This document shows, in pieces, positions 36,601 to 49,274 of a stretch of DNA of 64,000 bases. Numbering within the stretch: the stretch's first letter is position 1; each line of letters starts with the position of its first letter. The position numbers and the translations under genes are program-made. This DNA comes from Octopus sinensis (lineage: Eukaryota): contig NC_043024.1 of the NCBI RefSeq assembly GCF_006345805.1, positions 372,001 through 436,000 on the forward strand, written 5' to 3'. The notes beneath the pieces are model-generated. The model searched no databases, was not told the origin of the DNA, and saw only the letters and a list, made by a program, of their open reading frames with translations.

Positions 36601-39110
36601 TAAGCAATTAAAAACAGTAATTTTATTAACTAATTGTTTTTCGGTTTTGTTTCCAGGACCTTGAAGATGGTACTGTGGGGTTTGATGGTGTTTTTATTAA
36701 CAGTTCATGGCTTGAAAACAATTATCAGAAATTTTGATTGGTAAGTTATCAACCCTTCAACATTTTTGCCACCACATTTTGTCATCAGCTGCAAAAACTC
36801 AGTCACCCCCAGCCTGGTACCTTTATAGGCTTATGCTTTTGGAAACAACAGACAGAATGTTTGCTGGTCTGCAAATTGGTCTCAGCTCTATTCCTGCATG
36901 TTCGATTATAATTAAATGTGCTAAACATGGCTTTACACAAAAATGTTTTATTGAAAGCTACTTTGTGCAATGTAAACCATTTAATTCCAGTTTGACCAAG
37001 CAATTTGCAAACCAGCAAACATTCCATCAGCTGTTTTCATCAATTTAACATGGTACTTCCTGGGCTGTGAGTGACTGAAACCGTTTTCATTGATGATCAA
37101 GTGGAATTTGCAGAAACACCCATGTTCTACAAGACTTAGGGGAGAGTTTCCTCTCAGGACTCTTCTTGCAGCATCAGGTCTTCTCTCATCACAGCTGATA
37201 ACAATCAAACATGTTCTTTACATCATTTTAGCATTTATCAAAGTGGTCGTTTAACCCTTTTAGCCATTCTGATTCCTCTCTCAAATGCAATCCTTATTTA
37301 TTCACATTGTTTTCAATTAATCCTGCATTATCTTAAAGCTTTCAGATTTTGATTAAGTGACTGTTGTATATTTTTTAGACTAACATTGTAGGTTCTGTGT
37401 GAGAGGCTGGATCTGGCTGATTTGAACATAAAACAGGACCAACCTTTTGGCTGGACTGACTGGTTTAGATCCTAAAGGCTTAATGCTTTTTTTAATCTCA
37501 AAATTATGATTGAAGGTTTAAAGTTAAACACGACCATTTTAAAAATGAATGGTTGTCTATCACGGAAACAGGGTCAGGTTTTAGTGGGTTGGTATCAAAA
37601 GGGGCTAATTGAATGTTCTAGTTCTATTTTTTTCTTTTTTTCCAGGCAATCTGAGTATATTTTATTTAAATCTGCAGTGAAGGTCAACCAGAGAAATGCC
37701 AAACTGTTCAATAATATCGGCCATGCTTTAGAAAAAACATCAAACTGGTCGGAAGCTCTTGAGTATTTCACTTTTGCTGCAAAGTAAGTCTGAAACTAAA
37801 TTCTTCCATGGTTTTTGATTGGTTTCTTCATTCAGGCATTCGGATTGTGTGGGGCAGCGGGGATCTCTGCTGGCTTTTATTAGACAGCAACATATTATAT
37901 TTGTGGCATTATTTTTCGTAGTTTGATGCTCTTTTTGTCACCAGCTTTTTCCCATTTGAAAAGAGAGTTTTATTCTGTGACTCCAAGAGCTTAGAACTAC
38001 AGGACATAGAGTTTGCTGGGAATGGAATGGTTTTTTGGGGAGTTTTATTTGCACAGACAATCTTATGTGAGAAGCAGAAATGACAGCTTTCATGCACCAC
38101 TCTTATGCATGCACACACACACACACACACACATGTACACAACATATCATCATCAGTGAAGGTGCATGGATCAGTGGTTAGAGCGTTGGGCTCACTATCA
38201 TGAGGTAGTGAGTTCAATTCTTGGACCAGGCTGTGTGTCGTATGTTCTTGAGCAAGATACTCTATTTCATGTTGCTCCAGTTCACTTATCTGTTGAAATG
38301 AGTTGCAATGTCACTGGTACCAAGCTGTTTCGGCCCCTTTGCCTTTCCCTAGGATAACATCAGTGGCATGGAGAGGGGAGGCTGGTATGTATGGGCTATT
38401 GCTGGTCTTCCATAAACAACCTTGCTCAGACTTGTGCCTCAGAAGGGAACCTTTTAGGTGCAATCCCATGGTCACTCATTCCTGAAGGGGTTTTTTAGCC
38501 TTTACTCTTAATCATCATCATTTAATGTCCATTTTCCATGCTGACACGGGTTGGATGGTTTGACTGGGGCTGAACCATGCTCCTGTTGTCTGACGTGGTT
38601 TCTATGGCTAGATGCTCTTCCTAATGCCAACCACCTTACAGAGTGTACTGGGTGCTTTTTATGTGGCAAGTGCATACATGCAGGCACAGGCATGGCTGTG
38701 TGGTAAGAAGCTAGCTTCTGAACCACATAGTTTTGGGTTCAGTCCCACTGTATGGCATCTTAGGTGAGTGCCTTCTACTATAGCCTCAGGCTGACCAAAG
38801 CCTTATGAGTGGGTTTGGTAGATGGAAACTGAAAGAAGCCCATCGTATATATATGTGTGTGTGGGTGTCTGTGTTTGTCACCCACCATTGCTTGACAACT
38901 GATGTTAGTGTGTTTACATCCCTGTAACTTAGCAGTTCGGCAAAAGAAACTGATAGAACGAGTACTGGCTTACAAAGAATAAATCCTGGAATCGATTTCT
39001 TTGACTAAAAAACCCCTTTAAGACAGTGCTCCAGCATGGCTGCAGTGAAATGACTGGAACAAATAAATGAATAATATAAACGTGTGTGTCTGAGTGTACG
39101 TCTATACATT

Positions 39111-39146
<36 letters not shown>

Positions 39147-42100
39147 TGTCTCCTTCACATGAGGTGATGGCTGTAAAACGATGAGTATCCTTAATTTCCA
39201 ATATTCTGTGAGAATATGTCTGACCATGGGGGAATATTGCCTTGCTTGGCAACAGGTGGTGAAGGTTGGTGACAGGAAGGGCATCCAGGTGTAGAAAATT
39301 TGCATCAACAAATTCCATCCAACCCATGCAAGCATGGAAAAGTGGAGCATTTAAATGGTGATGGTGGTGGCAGCCGCAACAGCAGCAGATGAAAATAAGG
39401 ATTCTACTTTTGATGATTTGCTGTGCTTGAGAAGAAGATCCATCAAAGCAAGTAGAGTCGCTGTTGTGGCAGATATTGGTGTCACACAAGTGGCACCTGT
39501 GCTGGTGACAGGTGAAAGCACCCATTACACTCTCAGATTGGTTGGTGTTAGGAAGGGCATCCAGCCATAGAAACCAGGCCAAATCAGACTGGAGTCTGGT
39601 GCAGCCCCTCAGCTTGCCAACCCTGGTCAAACCATCCAACCCATGCCAGCATGGGGAACAGATGTTAAATGATGATGTGTGTGATGATGATGATGATGAT
39701 GATCACAATGATGGTAGCATTTGCACTGATGGTGAATATCATTTTGTATTTCCAGAGTTCAGCCTGACGACATTGGAGCCCACATCAACGTTGGGCGGAC
39801 ATATCAACACCTGAATATGTCAAAGGAAGCAGAGAAAGCCTTCCAGACGGCCATTGATCTCTTCCCACCTGTTATCCAAGGTAGAGGTCATCTTTAAACT
39901 CTTTTATCTTTTACTGTCTCTGGTGGATCCAGTGTTCAGTCAAATCTTAAACTGCTCTTAAATATATTCTTAAAAGTTCTTACCAAAACAAAACTTCACC
40001 TTTTCTAACCCCAGGTAAAAGTTACACAGCTCGAGTGGCCCCAAGCCATCTTAATGCATTCTTAAACCTTGCTTCACTTATTTCTAAAAACGAATCACGA
40101 TTGAAAGAAGCTGAAAAAGTAAGTTGAATCATATTTGTAACATTTTCTTCCCTTGGTTTTATATTTTGTTTAAAACCCTTCCTTCTGTATATTATATAAT
40201 GAATATCTATATTAATAAAAGCAAAATTCTGTCTGTCCATCTAGGACCCCTGTGCCTCAGTCTACATGTGCTCTGCATAGACATTTTATACCTTTTTGGA
40301 ATCAGGAGGATTCCAGGATTGAAAATCTGTTCTTCATTCGGTTCTTGAACATCCAGCATTGGGATCTGATTTAAAAGCATTTGGGTTGCTATTTCTAGCA
40401 GGTAAATCTTGGTTGGCATTTGTCAGATGACATCAGAGATGAGGGGGAGAGATAAATGACATTCACTTCGTTAATTTTACATCGGGATAGGAACTTTGGG
40501 ACAAATTGGCCAACAGTTGGGATTGAACTTGCAACTGGAACAATAGAATGATTTCATTACAGAATTAATTCCCATCCATCCTTATTAACCTCTGATCAAG
40601 GCATTTTGTGATTACAAACATATTATAGTGATGCTATTTAGCTCTCTTTCGTTTTGGGCTGCTGGCCCAGTTAACTCCTCCATAGAAGCCAGCTGAAAAG
40701 TCTGCATGAAGTGCGACTTTTAAGCTAGTAATATAATATAGCGAAACTATTGTATCCAGTGCTCAGGGGCTGCACTACAACTCATCAGAAAAAGTATCCA
40801 AAAGTGCACAAACAGTATATAGAATAATGCACAGGAAGTGAACAGTGAATGAGCTGTTTTAAAAAAAAAAGGTGGGGAGAAAATAAGTTATGTTGTTGGG
40901 GGATTTCAGGAAGCTTTTTGAAGGATGTAGTGTCCCAACAGCTAACAACTGATGCGGGTGGTTTATTCCATGCTTCAGCAATTCGAAGTGTGAAAAAAAT
41001 GTTTCCAGTAGTCATGGGTGTTGTGTTAGACATATGGAATTCAAAAAGGGGCCCAAGGTTGTTGTTGGAAAGATGGTGGATAATCTTGTGGGTGTTTACC
41101 AAATCATTTGCCCGACATTGGAGCTTTAATGTGTCCATGCCCAGGGAAGCAAGATGTTCAGATTATGGCAGATGCCTGACAGCAGGTATTCATCTGGTTG
41201 CACATTTCTAAACAGTTTCCAGGAGATCGATATGCTGAGCAAGATAAGGGTTTCAGACTGGTGATGCAAACTCTGTGGACATACCATAGCCATGTACAGC
41301 TTCAAATAGGAAACTGCTGTTAAATACATCGTTGCCTGATATTTTTACCGCCACTTTTGTTTCTTTAATCTTTTCATTTACATCTCTAGTCCTATATTTT
41401 AACCCTCTTTTCCATTTCTCTCATCCTATATTTTAACCTTCATTTTTATTTCTCTAGCTGTATAAGTCTGCCATTACCATGAGAGCTGATTATGTGAAAG
41501 CTTACATGAGTAGAGGAGAGGTTCTTGTCCGTTTGGGAAGGTAAGTTTCTGTACCTGTCATCGTTTTCTGTTGGTCTCACTTGACCCTTCTGCATTCAGA
41601 TTACTCTCTCAAATGGAATCCTTATTTATTCACCTATCAACCTTCTCCCACATTTAATCCCTTCACACCAAAAAGCACCTGCGATGGTGCTGTGTACAAA
41701 ACACTGGCGTTCGTTTTACATAAAAAGCACCCAGTACACTCCAAAGTGGTTGGTGTCAGGAAGGGCATCCAGTCATAGAAACCATTCCAAAACAGACGAT
41801 GGAACCTGGTGCAGCTCTCCATCCTTGCCAGCTCCTGTCAAACTGTCTAACCCATGCTAGCATGGAAAATGGACATTAAATGATGATGATCATGATGATG
41901 GTGATTGCTTTGAATTAATCCTGGATTATCTCATAGCTTCAAAATTTTGATGATGAGGTTGTTTGTTTTTGGAATGACATTGTAGGGTAAGTGTGAGAGG
42001 TCAGATCTAGCCAGTATGAACAAAAACACAGGCAAAATATTTGGACCACATATGGCCAGTTTAAATGCGAAGGGGTTAAAAGGGGACTGGTAATGCCAAT

Positions 42101-45100
42101 GATGCGAGTGGAAAGGGAGAACTCATGGGATTGAGTTGACCTCTGACTAGAAACTTGCTGTGAGAACTCCCAACCATTAGGTCTAAATACTCCCAACAAG
42201 GCCCCTGGTGGTAGTAATGCTAAACTGGATGGCAGATTGTTTGTGGCTGTATGTCTGTGTGTCTTCCTGAAGTCATGGCTGTCTCAACACCGAGACCACT
42301 ACAACACTTTACCACTTTACTATAGCCTCAGCTACAGCCATCACTGCATCGTCATAATCATCATTGAATGTCCGTTTTCCTTGCTGGCATGGGTTGGACG
42401 GTTCGACGAGAGCTGGCAGAAACGTTAGCATGCCGGGTGAAATGCGTAGCCGTATTTCGTCTGCCATTATGTTCTGAGTTCAAATTCCGCTGAGGTCGAC
42501 TTTTCCTTTCATCCTTTCGGGATCGATAAATTAAGTACCAGTTACACACTGGGGTCGATGTAATCGACTTAATCCGTTTGTTTGTCCACTCTGTGTTTAG
42601 CCCCTTGTGTGTAGTAAAGAAATAGGTTTGACCAGAGCTGGCAAGCTGGACTTGGCCTGGTTTCTACAGCCGGATGCCCTTCCTAATGCCAACCACTTTA
42701 CAGTGTGTGCTGGATTCTTTTACGTAACACTGCACAGGGGTTTCTTATGGGGCACCAGCACAAGATTCTTACAGGCTAATCTTCTTTACCAGGGGGACCG
42801 GCCTCAACACTTCTGCTGTGGAGCACAGGTCTCTTTGAGTACAGCAAGGTGTCAAGCATCTCAGCCCTTTGGCCATCTCACCCAAAAGGTTTGGCACCAT
42901 GAGGTCATCCTTCACTACTTCATCACTCTTCCATTAGTCCGTGATACATAAACAGTTGTCGAATGTGAGATTTCCCTCAAACACCGAGACACAACAACAC
43001 TTTTGCTAACACTGTTCACCACCACCCACTGACCCCACTACATTAGTCACCACTAACATGCCACTACAACCATCACCACCACTCCTACACCTCTACAGCT
43101 ACCCCCAACCATAATACAAACCTTCCTCAACCTCTAAGCCACTCTCACACTCCCAACACATAATTATGTCTATTTCGGGTTCTACTTTCAATATTACATT
43201 TTTTGTATAGATTTTCATATTTTTCTCTTTTCTTTTATTTTTTTTTAGGTTTTTTTTCATCTAATTTTGTTGTTCTTCTTTTCTTTTGTCTTTTCCTCTG
43301 ATTTCTAGTTTCATTTTTCTGCCTCTTTCTGTTTTCCATCTTGTTTGTGTCTCTTCTTCATCCTTTTCCTCTCGTTTCTCTTTTCTTTCATCTCCAGACT
43401 GGAAGAAGCCAAGGAACAATACCGCATCGCCCTCCACTACGAACAGTCGGATGCTGACATCTACTATAATGTAACGACTCACTGACATCAACGGACACAC
43501 TCTTGTTGTTGTTGTTGTTGTTTTGTTTTGTAGAAGCCATTTCAAGTCTTCTGGGGACTTCTAGTAACAGTAGCAAGTGGGACGTTTTACTACGGGGGTT
43601 ATTTGTGATTAATTAATGATATATTAGCACCCTTTGAACGTTGGGCGATCTGCTGCGCTTGGGAAGACCCACCAAGCCAAGTGAGGTCACAGTCGTGGCC
43701 AATGCTGGTGTTTCGTAACTGGCACCCAGGGTGGTAGAATGTAAAAAGTACCCACTACACTCCTGAAGTGGTTGGTCTTACGAAGAGCATCCAGCTGTAG
43801 AAACCATGCTAAATGAGATTGGGACCTGATGCAGCTCCCCCCAGCTTACCAGTTTTCAGTCAAACCGTCCGACCCATGCCAGCATGGAAAGCAGACATTA
43901 AATGATGAGGATATTGCAGGGAAAAAAGACCAGATTCTGACAACTAAGGTTCTGTTAAATTTGACAGTGTTTTCCTTATGATATAAACTGTATCCATGGA
44001 AACCATTGTTGTTGTTGCTGCAGCTGTTGTTAAGACCCACCTTAAATCTGATCAAAGAAGCCCCATGTTCCAACCATCCAGTCTTTTATTCATAGATCCT
44101 GGTTCAATACCACCCTCTGACATTGGGTGCCTTTGCCAGATTTCATTCTGCTACAAGCTTTCAGATCAAGTCCCCCTCAATCTGGGGAGTGGATTCCTTT
44201 CTCTTCTAACTGAACCATAAAACAGTATCCAGGGCTACATCATGCAATATGTCTGACCCCTCCCCCTTTTTTTTAAAATTTAGCAGATTGGGAATTAACC
44301 TTTTAACATTCAGATTGTTCTGCCAAATGTAATCTTTTTTCATTCACATTGTTTTGAATTAACCATGCAATATCTCGTAGCTTTGAGATTTTGATGATGT
44401 CATTGTATATTTTTAGAATGGCATTGAAGGGTGGGTGTGAGAAGCTCGATCTGGCTTGTTTGAACATAAAACAGCATATTTGAGCCAGATGTGGCTGGTT
44501 TAAATGGTGGAGGGTTAAAGATTTTTTACTGCTTTTTCTAGCAGGTCAGGCAACATGACGGTTCTTTCGGTAACATTATCATCATGTAGTGGTAGTGTGT
44601 GTGTGTATGTGTATCAGCTGTATGTCTTATAATCTATGTTGAGACTGTGTGTGTGTGTGTGGTGAGTTTTGTCTTGTTACATAATGTGTGATTGCATCTT
44701 CTGAGACAATGTATATCTGTTTGTACTCCACCTGCCTTCGTCTTTTGTTTATTTTCGTAAACCTTCCTGTTATATATCTGTGTGTCTGTATTAGTTGTAC
44801 TTTGCCTTATGGCAGGTGTTTGTTGTGTTGGCTGAATGTCATCGTATATTGTGGGTGTGGGTGTGGTGACACTGAATAAATGAATGCTGACTTTGTCTTT
44901 GTCACATTCTACTTTTGCCCTTCTGCTCAACACGTGGCTTCTTTCAGTGCTGAGTTCACCTTGGGACACCTGTATTACCATTTGACAGGCAGGCATAGCG
45001 CCCCAGTCAAACTCCCTGACCGACACTACAGGTGTGCTCGCTATAACATCTCATCCCATTGTATGTGTATATGCTGGCAGAAACGTTAGCGCGCTGGGCG

Positions 45101-48100
45101 AAATGCTGAGCGGTATTTCGTCTGTCGTTACGTTCTGAGTTCAAATTCCGCCGAGGTCGACTTTGCCTTTCATCCTCTTGGGGTCGATAAATAAAGTACC
45201 AGTTTCGCACTGGGCCAATGTAATCGACTTAATTCCTTTGTGTGTCCTTGTTTAGCCCCTTGTGGGTAGTAAAGAAATATGTATGTGCTTTTTGTTTGCT
45301 GTGATATTTCACAAGTCCTCTGGATCTACAAACAACCATTTCCTGGCAGTGTGTCTCTGTTTCTTCTCCCTAATTTAGATTGGTGTTGTCAACTTGGAAC
45401 AAAAGAACCTCCTGGAAGCTAACACCTTCTTTGAGCAAGCACTCAGATTGAACCCTGACCACCAGGTTAGTTGATTCTCTTTTTATTATTGTTGTTTGCA
45501 GTACTGCAGTAGTATGTGTAACACACATTCTACATGTAATCACAAAATTGTTACCAGTTCAAATAAGCTTGAGGCAAATGTGAACCTTTACGAAAGTCAT
45601 TCAATGTGTTTTGTTATGGAGAAAGTTTCTTGCTGTTGACAAATGGTTGCAAATGCACCAAATTGGCTCAGAGCAGCACCACCGGACCAAACTGTGGGAT
45701 GCATTGCATTTTGGAGTAGTCACCCCCTTGTGGCTGAAGCAGAAAATGGAGATCAATACAGCACTAAAACTATGAGGTGGGTGCTGTGAGGTGTTCCTGG
45801 CTTTAAGGGCATCGCAAAAAGCCTGGCTGGAGGCCCAGTTTTCTGAGTACTTTTACAGGGCTTAGAAAAACTGAAGGACCACTGCAATAAGTATGCGAAT
45901 CTGAGAGGGGAATATCTTGGATTAAATCATAAACTGATCCTCCTGTGTTTTCTTGTACTCAAAGCCAAGAACTTTTCAGTACCACTTCATGTTTGTGTGT
46001 GTATATCTATAGATAGATAGATAGACACACACAAGGGGATGCTGAAAAGCTGCTAGCTTTAAGGGTGTCCTGTAAAGCCTGGTTGGAGGCCCAACCTTCT
46101 GAGTTCTTTTACAGGTCTTAGAAAAATCTCAACAACCACTGCAATAAGTATGTGAATCTGAGAGGGGACCTACGGCCAGGAACTTTTCAGGACCCCCCCT
46201 TTGTATGTTGTTCCTATCAAACCCAAACTAGATGAAATACAGAAATTAAATGATGATGATGATGATGATAATGATTCCTTGTTACAAAATGTTTTTTTTT
46301 AATATATTTGCAGCAAACACTTTTCAACTCAGCCCTTCTTTTACAAGATCTTGGAGACCCAGTTTATCGACCTGAAGCAATGAGGAGGTGAGTTGTTCCC
46401 TTATCATTCCTATGCTGTCATCTAAATAGAAATAACTTCCTGTCATTCTTTCCTATGTTCCTGGAGAAGATTTTAATTAAACTGCTGTCCCTTAAATTCT
46501 CTCCCATTCATGTTGGGTCAACCTGAGCTGCTCCAGAAAGCAAGTTCTCTTCCATTCAGAGACAACATCTGGCTGGGCCTTTGTTGAACTCTTGATCATG
46601 AAATTGTGGTTTCGGTTCCTGGACTCGGCAATGTGTTGTGTTCTTGAGCAAAACACTTCACTTCACAGTGCACCAGTCCACTCGGCTGGCAAAAATGAGT
46701 TAATCCTGCGAGGGACTGGCATTCCATCCAGGAGAGGAATATATATGCCACAGAAACTTGCCCTATGAGCCTACATGACTGAAGGAAGGATCTATTTTCA
46801 TCTATAATAGAAAATCCTTGCCCAAGGTGCCACATGGTTGGAAAGCAAAATTCTTAACTTGGAAGGGCATCCAGCTGTAGAAACACTGCCAGATCTGACT
46901 GGCCTGGTGCAGCCTTCGGGCTTCCCAGACCCCATTTGAACCGTCCAACCCATGCTAGCATGGAAAGCGGACGTTAAACAATGATGACAGTTACACTTGT
47001 CTGTCTGTTTGTCTAAAGGGGGTTCTCTTCTATTCATGAAGGTGGTGTGTCTCTGAGATGAGTTCTCTCCCCTCCTTCGTGGAGCATTTCTGTCAGAGCC
47101 CCATCCTAAGAAGACCTTTGAACCTCATCTCAGACAACAGTTACTTTAGTCACATGTTACTCACTTTTACTACTTCTCGGGTGAACACAATCAATGGATT
47201 TGAACCCACATCTCCAGATTCGTTAACATTGTTATTTTGTATTATTGTTGTGTTTGCATCTTTCTGTAACTCTTTGATACTCTCTTGTGCCTTAATCTTG
47301 TCTTCAACATTTTCTAGATGGAAACTGAAAGAAGCCTACTCTGTGTGTGTGTGTGTACTCTTGTCTAGATGTGATGATTGTAAACGAGCATCATCATCAT
47401 CATCATCATCGTACAAGCAAGGTTGTTTTGTTTCCAGTCTTTCATGGAAAAGCATGTCTAGCCATGAGAAATCTTGCCTTACTCGGAAAGGTTAATATCG
47501 TTTCATGAGAGTAGTGGTGCCACATAAAAGCATCCAGCCATAGAAACCCTGCCAAATCAAACTGGAGTCTGGTGCAGCTCCCCCACCTTGCCAGCATGGA
47601 CAACAGATGTTAAATGATGATGATGATGAGTAGGTTGTTCTGTTGATTGGATCGACTGAGACCCAGTCGTAACCAACAGTGTCTGTGTGTGTGTGTATAC
47701 ACGTGTGACCTTGTCAGGACATTACATGATGGTTGTAAATGGCCATCATCATCGTACAAACAAGGTTGTTTTTTTCTTATTCCTGCAGTATTCATCTGGA
47801 GGTAATCAGTATTCATCTGGAGGTAATCTCTCTTACAGATGTGCTGTGTTTAAGAACACAAAATCCAGAACTATCAAATAATAATCAACCTGCCATAACA
47901 GAATGTTAGATGCACATTTCGTCAAAAGCATTTACTCATTGGCAACCGTATTCTAAGAAAAAAACCCAGCCCTTACCATTATAGGAAAGCAGTGACTGAG
48001 CAATCTCTTGCAGATACGTGGATGGCTGTTTTAATTGAATACTGCTTCGGTTGCTTATAACAGATTCAGCCAGGCAGCTAATTGCAGCATCAGTGATTGT

Positions 48101-48697
48101 TCAGTCAGTTTCCCTGTATCAGAAGAGGTGGATTTTGTCATTAATATTTAGTAATTGTCATTCTCTCACTTCTGAGTGTTCCAGTTGATCTGATCAACGG
48201 AAGAGGCTACTTGTGGAATGAACATGCAAGAGAGATTCAGCAATGTGACAAGGTTGGCCCATTGAATTACAGGTATGACTCACTTTTGCCAGCGAAATGA
48301 ACTGGAGCAACGTGAAATAAAGTGTCTTGCTCAAGGACACTACACACTGCCAGGAATTAAACTCACGACCATACAACTGTGATCTGAACATTCCTAGGCT
48401 ACTGACAACGTTCAATGACGCTGAAATGCACATCTAGCATTCTCACCAGCCACTGCTAGACACATTTTGTCTGCTACTCATAGAATTTTGTGATGTGCCA
48501 ACTTGCATATTTCTCTCTGAATCACAAAATGGTGGAGGTAAAGAAGATGGTGTTTGTCCTCCTTGTGTCTTTCCAGGTTGCTGCATTTACTGGAGTTAAA
48601 ACCTAATGATGCCAAAGCTTATTATTGCCTCGCTATCTTGGCTGCCGACAACAAAGAGTTTACCAAGGCAAAGAACTGGTTTCAGGAGGCCATCAGA
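27480..48697 (+). CDS. TMTC3: TMTC3 protein O-mannosyltransferase (GT-C transmembrane region plus TPRs); span of 17 coding exons, 3'-incomplete
   Basis: 17 GT-AG exons, 2112 nt in frame (704 codons), no stop reached. Motifs [77 protein letters not shown] and [10 protein letters not shown] match TMTC3 as I recall it. Confidence 0.95.
28448..28584 (+). CDS. TMTC3: TMTC3 exon 2
   Basis: [19 protein letters not shown]...[17 protein letters not shown]. Confidence 0.95.
29635..29716 (+). CDS. TMTC3: TMTC3 exon 3
   Basis: VCCLFL...[11 protein letters not shown]. Confidence 0.95.
29870..30641 (-). mobile_element. Decayed Tc1/mariner-superfamily element (maT/DD37D-like), 5' half
   Basis: ORF 30030-30374 [32 protein letters not shown]; TIR-like gagggtgcgatgggtaaattgtcacc. 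Confidence 0.75.
31033..31132 (+). CDS. TMTC3: TMTC3 exon 4
   Basis: [23 protein letters not shown]. Confidence 0.95.
31944..32059 (+). CDS. TMTC3: TMTC3 exon 5
   Basis: [19 protein letters not shown]. Confidence 0.95.
32403..32673 (+). mobile_element. hAT-type MITE; partial copies at about 27820 and 29095-29230(-)
   Basis: Termini CTGTGATTCTCAAC ... GTTGAGAATCACTG. Confidence 0.65.
33229..33401 (+). CDS. TMTC3: TMTC3 exon 6
   Basis: ITPQGILK...[13 protein letters not shown]. Confidence 0.93.
34712..34964 (+). CDS. TMTC3: TMTC3 exon 7
   Basis: FDNPASVS...RQLTFNYLL...[12 protein letters not shown]. Confidence 0.95.
35909..36063 (+). CDS. TMTC3: TMTC3 exon 8
   Basis: [32 protein letters not shown]. 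Confidence 0.95.
36657..36740 (+). CDS. TMTC3: TMTC3 exon 9
   Basis: LKMVLWG...[12 protein letters not shown]. Confidence 0.92.
37646..37783 (+). CDS. TMTC3: TMTC3 exon 10 (first TPR)
   Basis: [29 protein letters not shown]. Confidence 0.95.
39756..39880 (+). CDS. TMTC3: TMTC3 exon 11
   Basis: [16 protein letters not shown]. Confidence 0.95.
40015..40118 (+). CDS. TMTC3: TMTC3 exon 12
   Basis: [35 protein letters not shown]. Confidence 0.95.
40790..41340 (-). mobile_element. CR1-type LINE 3' fragment
   Basis: [15 protein letters not shown]...[23 protein letters not shown]. Confidence 0.78.
41458..41540 (+). CDS. TMTC3: TMTC3 exon 13
   Basis: [23 protein letters not shown]. Confidence 0.93.
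42408..42625 (+). mobile_element. tRNA-derived SINE, family B. Copies at about 20335-20435(-), 22087-22290, 25020-25245(-), 34080-34660(-), 45072-45280
   Basis: gagctggcagaaacgttagc..gagttcaaattcc..gtcgactttgcctttcatcctttcggggtcgataaa. Confidence 0.85.
43398..43470 (+). CDS. TMTC3: TMTC3 exon 14
   Basis: [24 protein letters not shown]. Confidence 0.92.
44912..45027 (-). pseudogene. Decayed 28S (LSU) rRNA-derived segment
   Basis: Minus strand reads GGGAGTTTGACTGGGGCG..CCTGTCAAATGGTAATACAGGTGTCCCAAGGTGAACTCAG..GAGCAGAAGGGCAAAAG, matching the conserved LSU domain V sequence as I recall it. Confidence 0.85.
45379..45465 (+). CDS. TMTC3: TMTC3 exon 15
   Basis: IGVVNLEQK...[12 protein letters not shown]. 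Confidence 0.92.
45771..46204 (+). mobile_element. Two adjacent mariner-derived MITEs
   Basis: TIR-like gctgaaaag..ggctttaaggg / gccaggaacttttcag; remnant GLRK..HCNKY.NLRGEY of the mariner C-terminus. Confidence 0.7.
46314..46387 (+). CDS. TMTC3: TMTC3 exon 16
   Basis: [24 protein letters not shown]. Confidence 0.92.
48577..48697 (+). CDS. TMTC3: TMTC3 exon 17 (last exon found)
   Basis: [40 protein letters not shown]; GTGAGT donor, so the gene continues. Confidence 0.92.
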
Positions 48698-48910
48698 GTG
48701 AGTTAAACTTCTTTCTCTCCTTTTCATGTCTGTTACTCTGTTTTCTTTTTATTCTTCTGCTAATCCCACTTTTCTCTGCTCTTCCATTTCACACTTTTCA
48801 TTGCACACACACTCTACATAACTGGCTTCCCCTGGTTCAGTCCACTGCAGGACTAAAAATGTGGATAAGCTGGGCTTTTCAGAAAAAGAAATCCCCCAAC
48901 TACACATATA

Positions 48911-48944
<34 letters not shown>

Positions 48945-48948
<4 letters not shown>

Positions 48949-49274
48949 CAACAAAAATCTAATCGCATCACATAACGACAATACGGCACAACTATTCACC
49001 TCATTGGACCCTCTCTTTCAACATTACACCAGGACACGTCAAAAAAGAAACTGACCACACAAAATTCAAGAAGTCTTTGGACAAATTCCTTCAAACAGTA
49101 CCGGACAAACCACCCACACCCGGATATGTCTCCGCAAACAATAACTCTCTGCTCGAATGGGCCTTGGTGCCCAAATCCTGAACTGAAAGACTTCGCCAGG
49201 TGGTGCTATTAAGTTAGACATGGCCTGGGCCAATACTGGCCAAAAACCTTTCTAAGTTATTCTAAGTTCTAAGT

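Noticed and set aside
37168-37197. Box C/D-like motif on the minus strand (CAGCT-GTGATGA..CTGA-TGCTG)
   Set aside because: Only 8 nt between the boxes, antisense to the host gene and no guide region; likely chance.
38929-39639. 236-aa minus-strand ORF
   Set aside because: Composed of concatenated SINE and microsatellite sequence inside a TMTC3 intron.
47787-47828. 21-bp perfect tandem duplication (cagtattcatctggaggtaat x2)
   Set aside because: Ordinary slippage or insertion-site duplication; no further structure.
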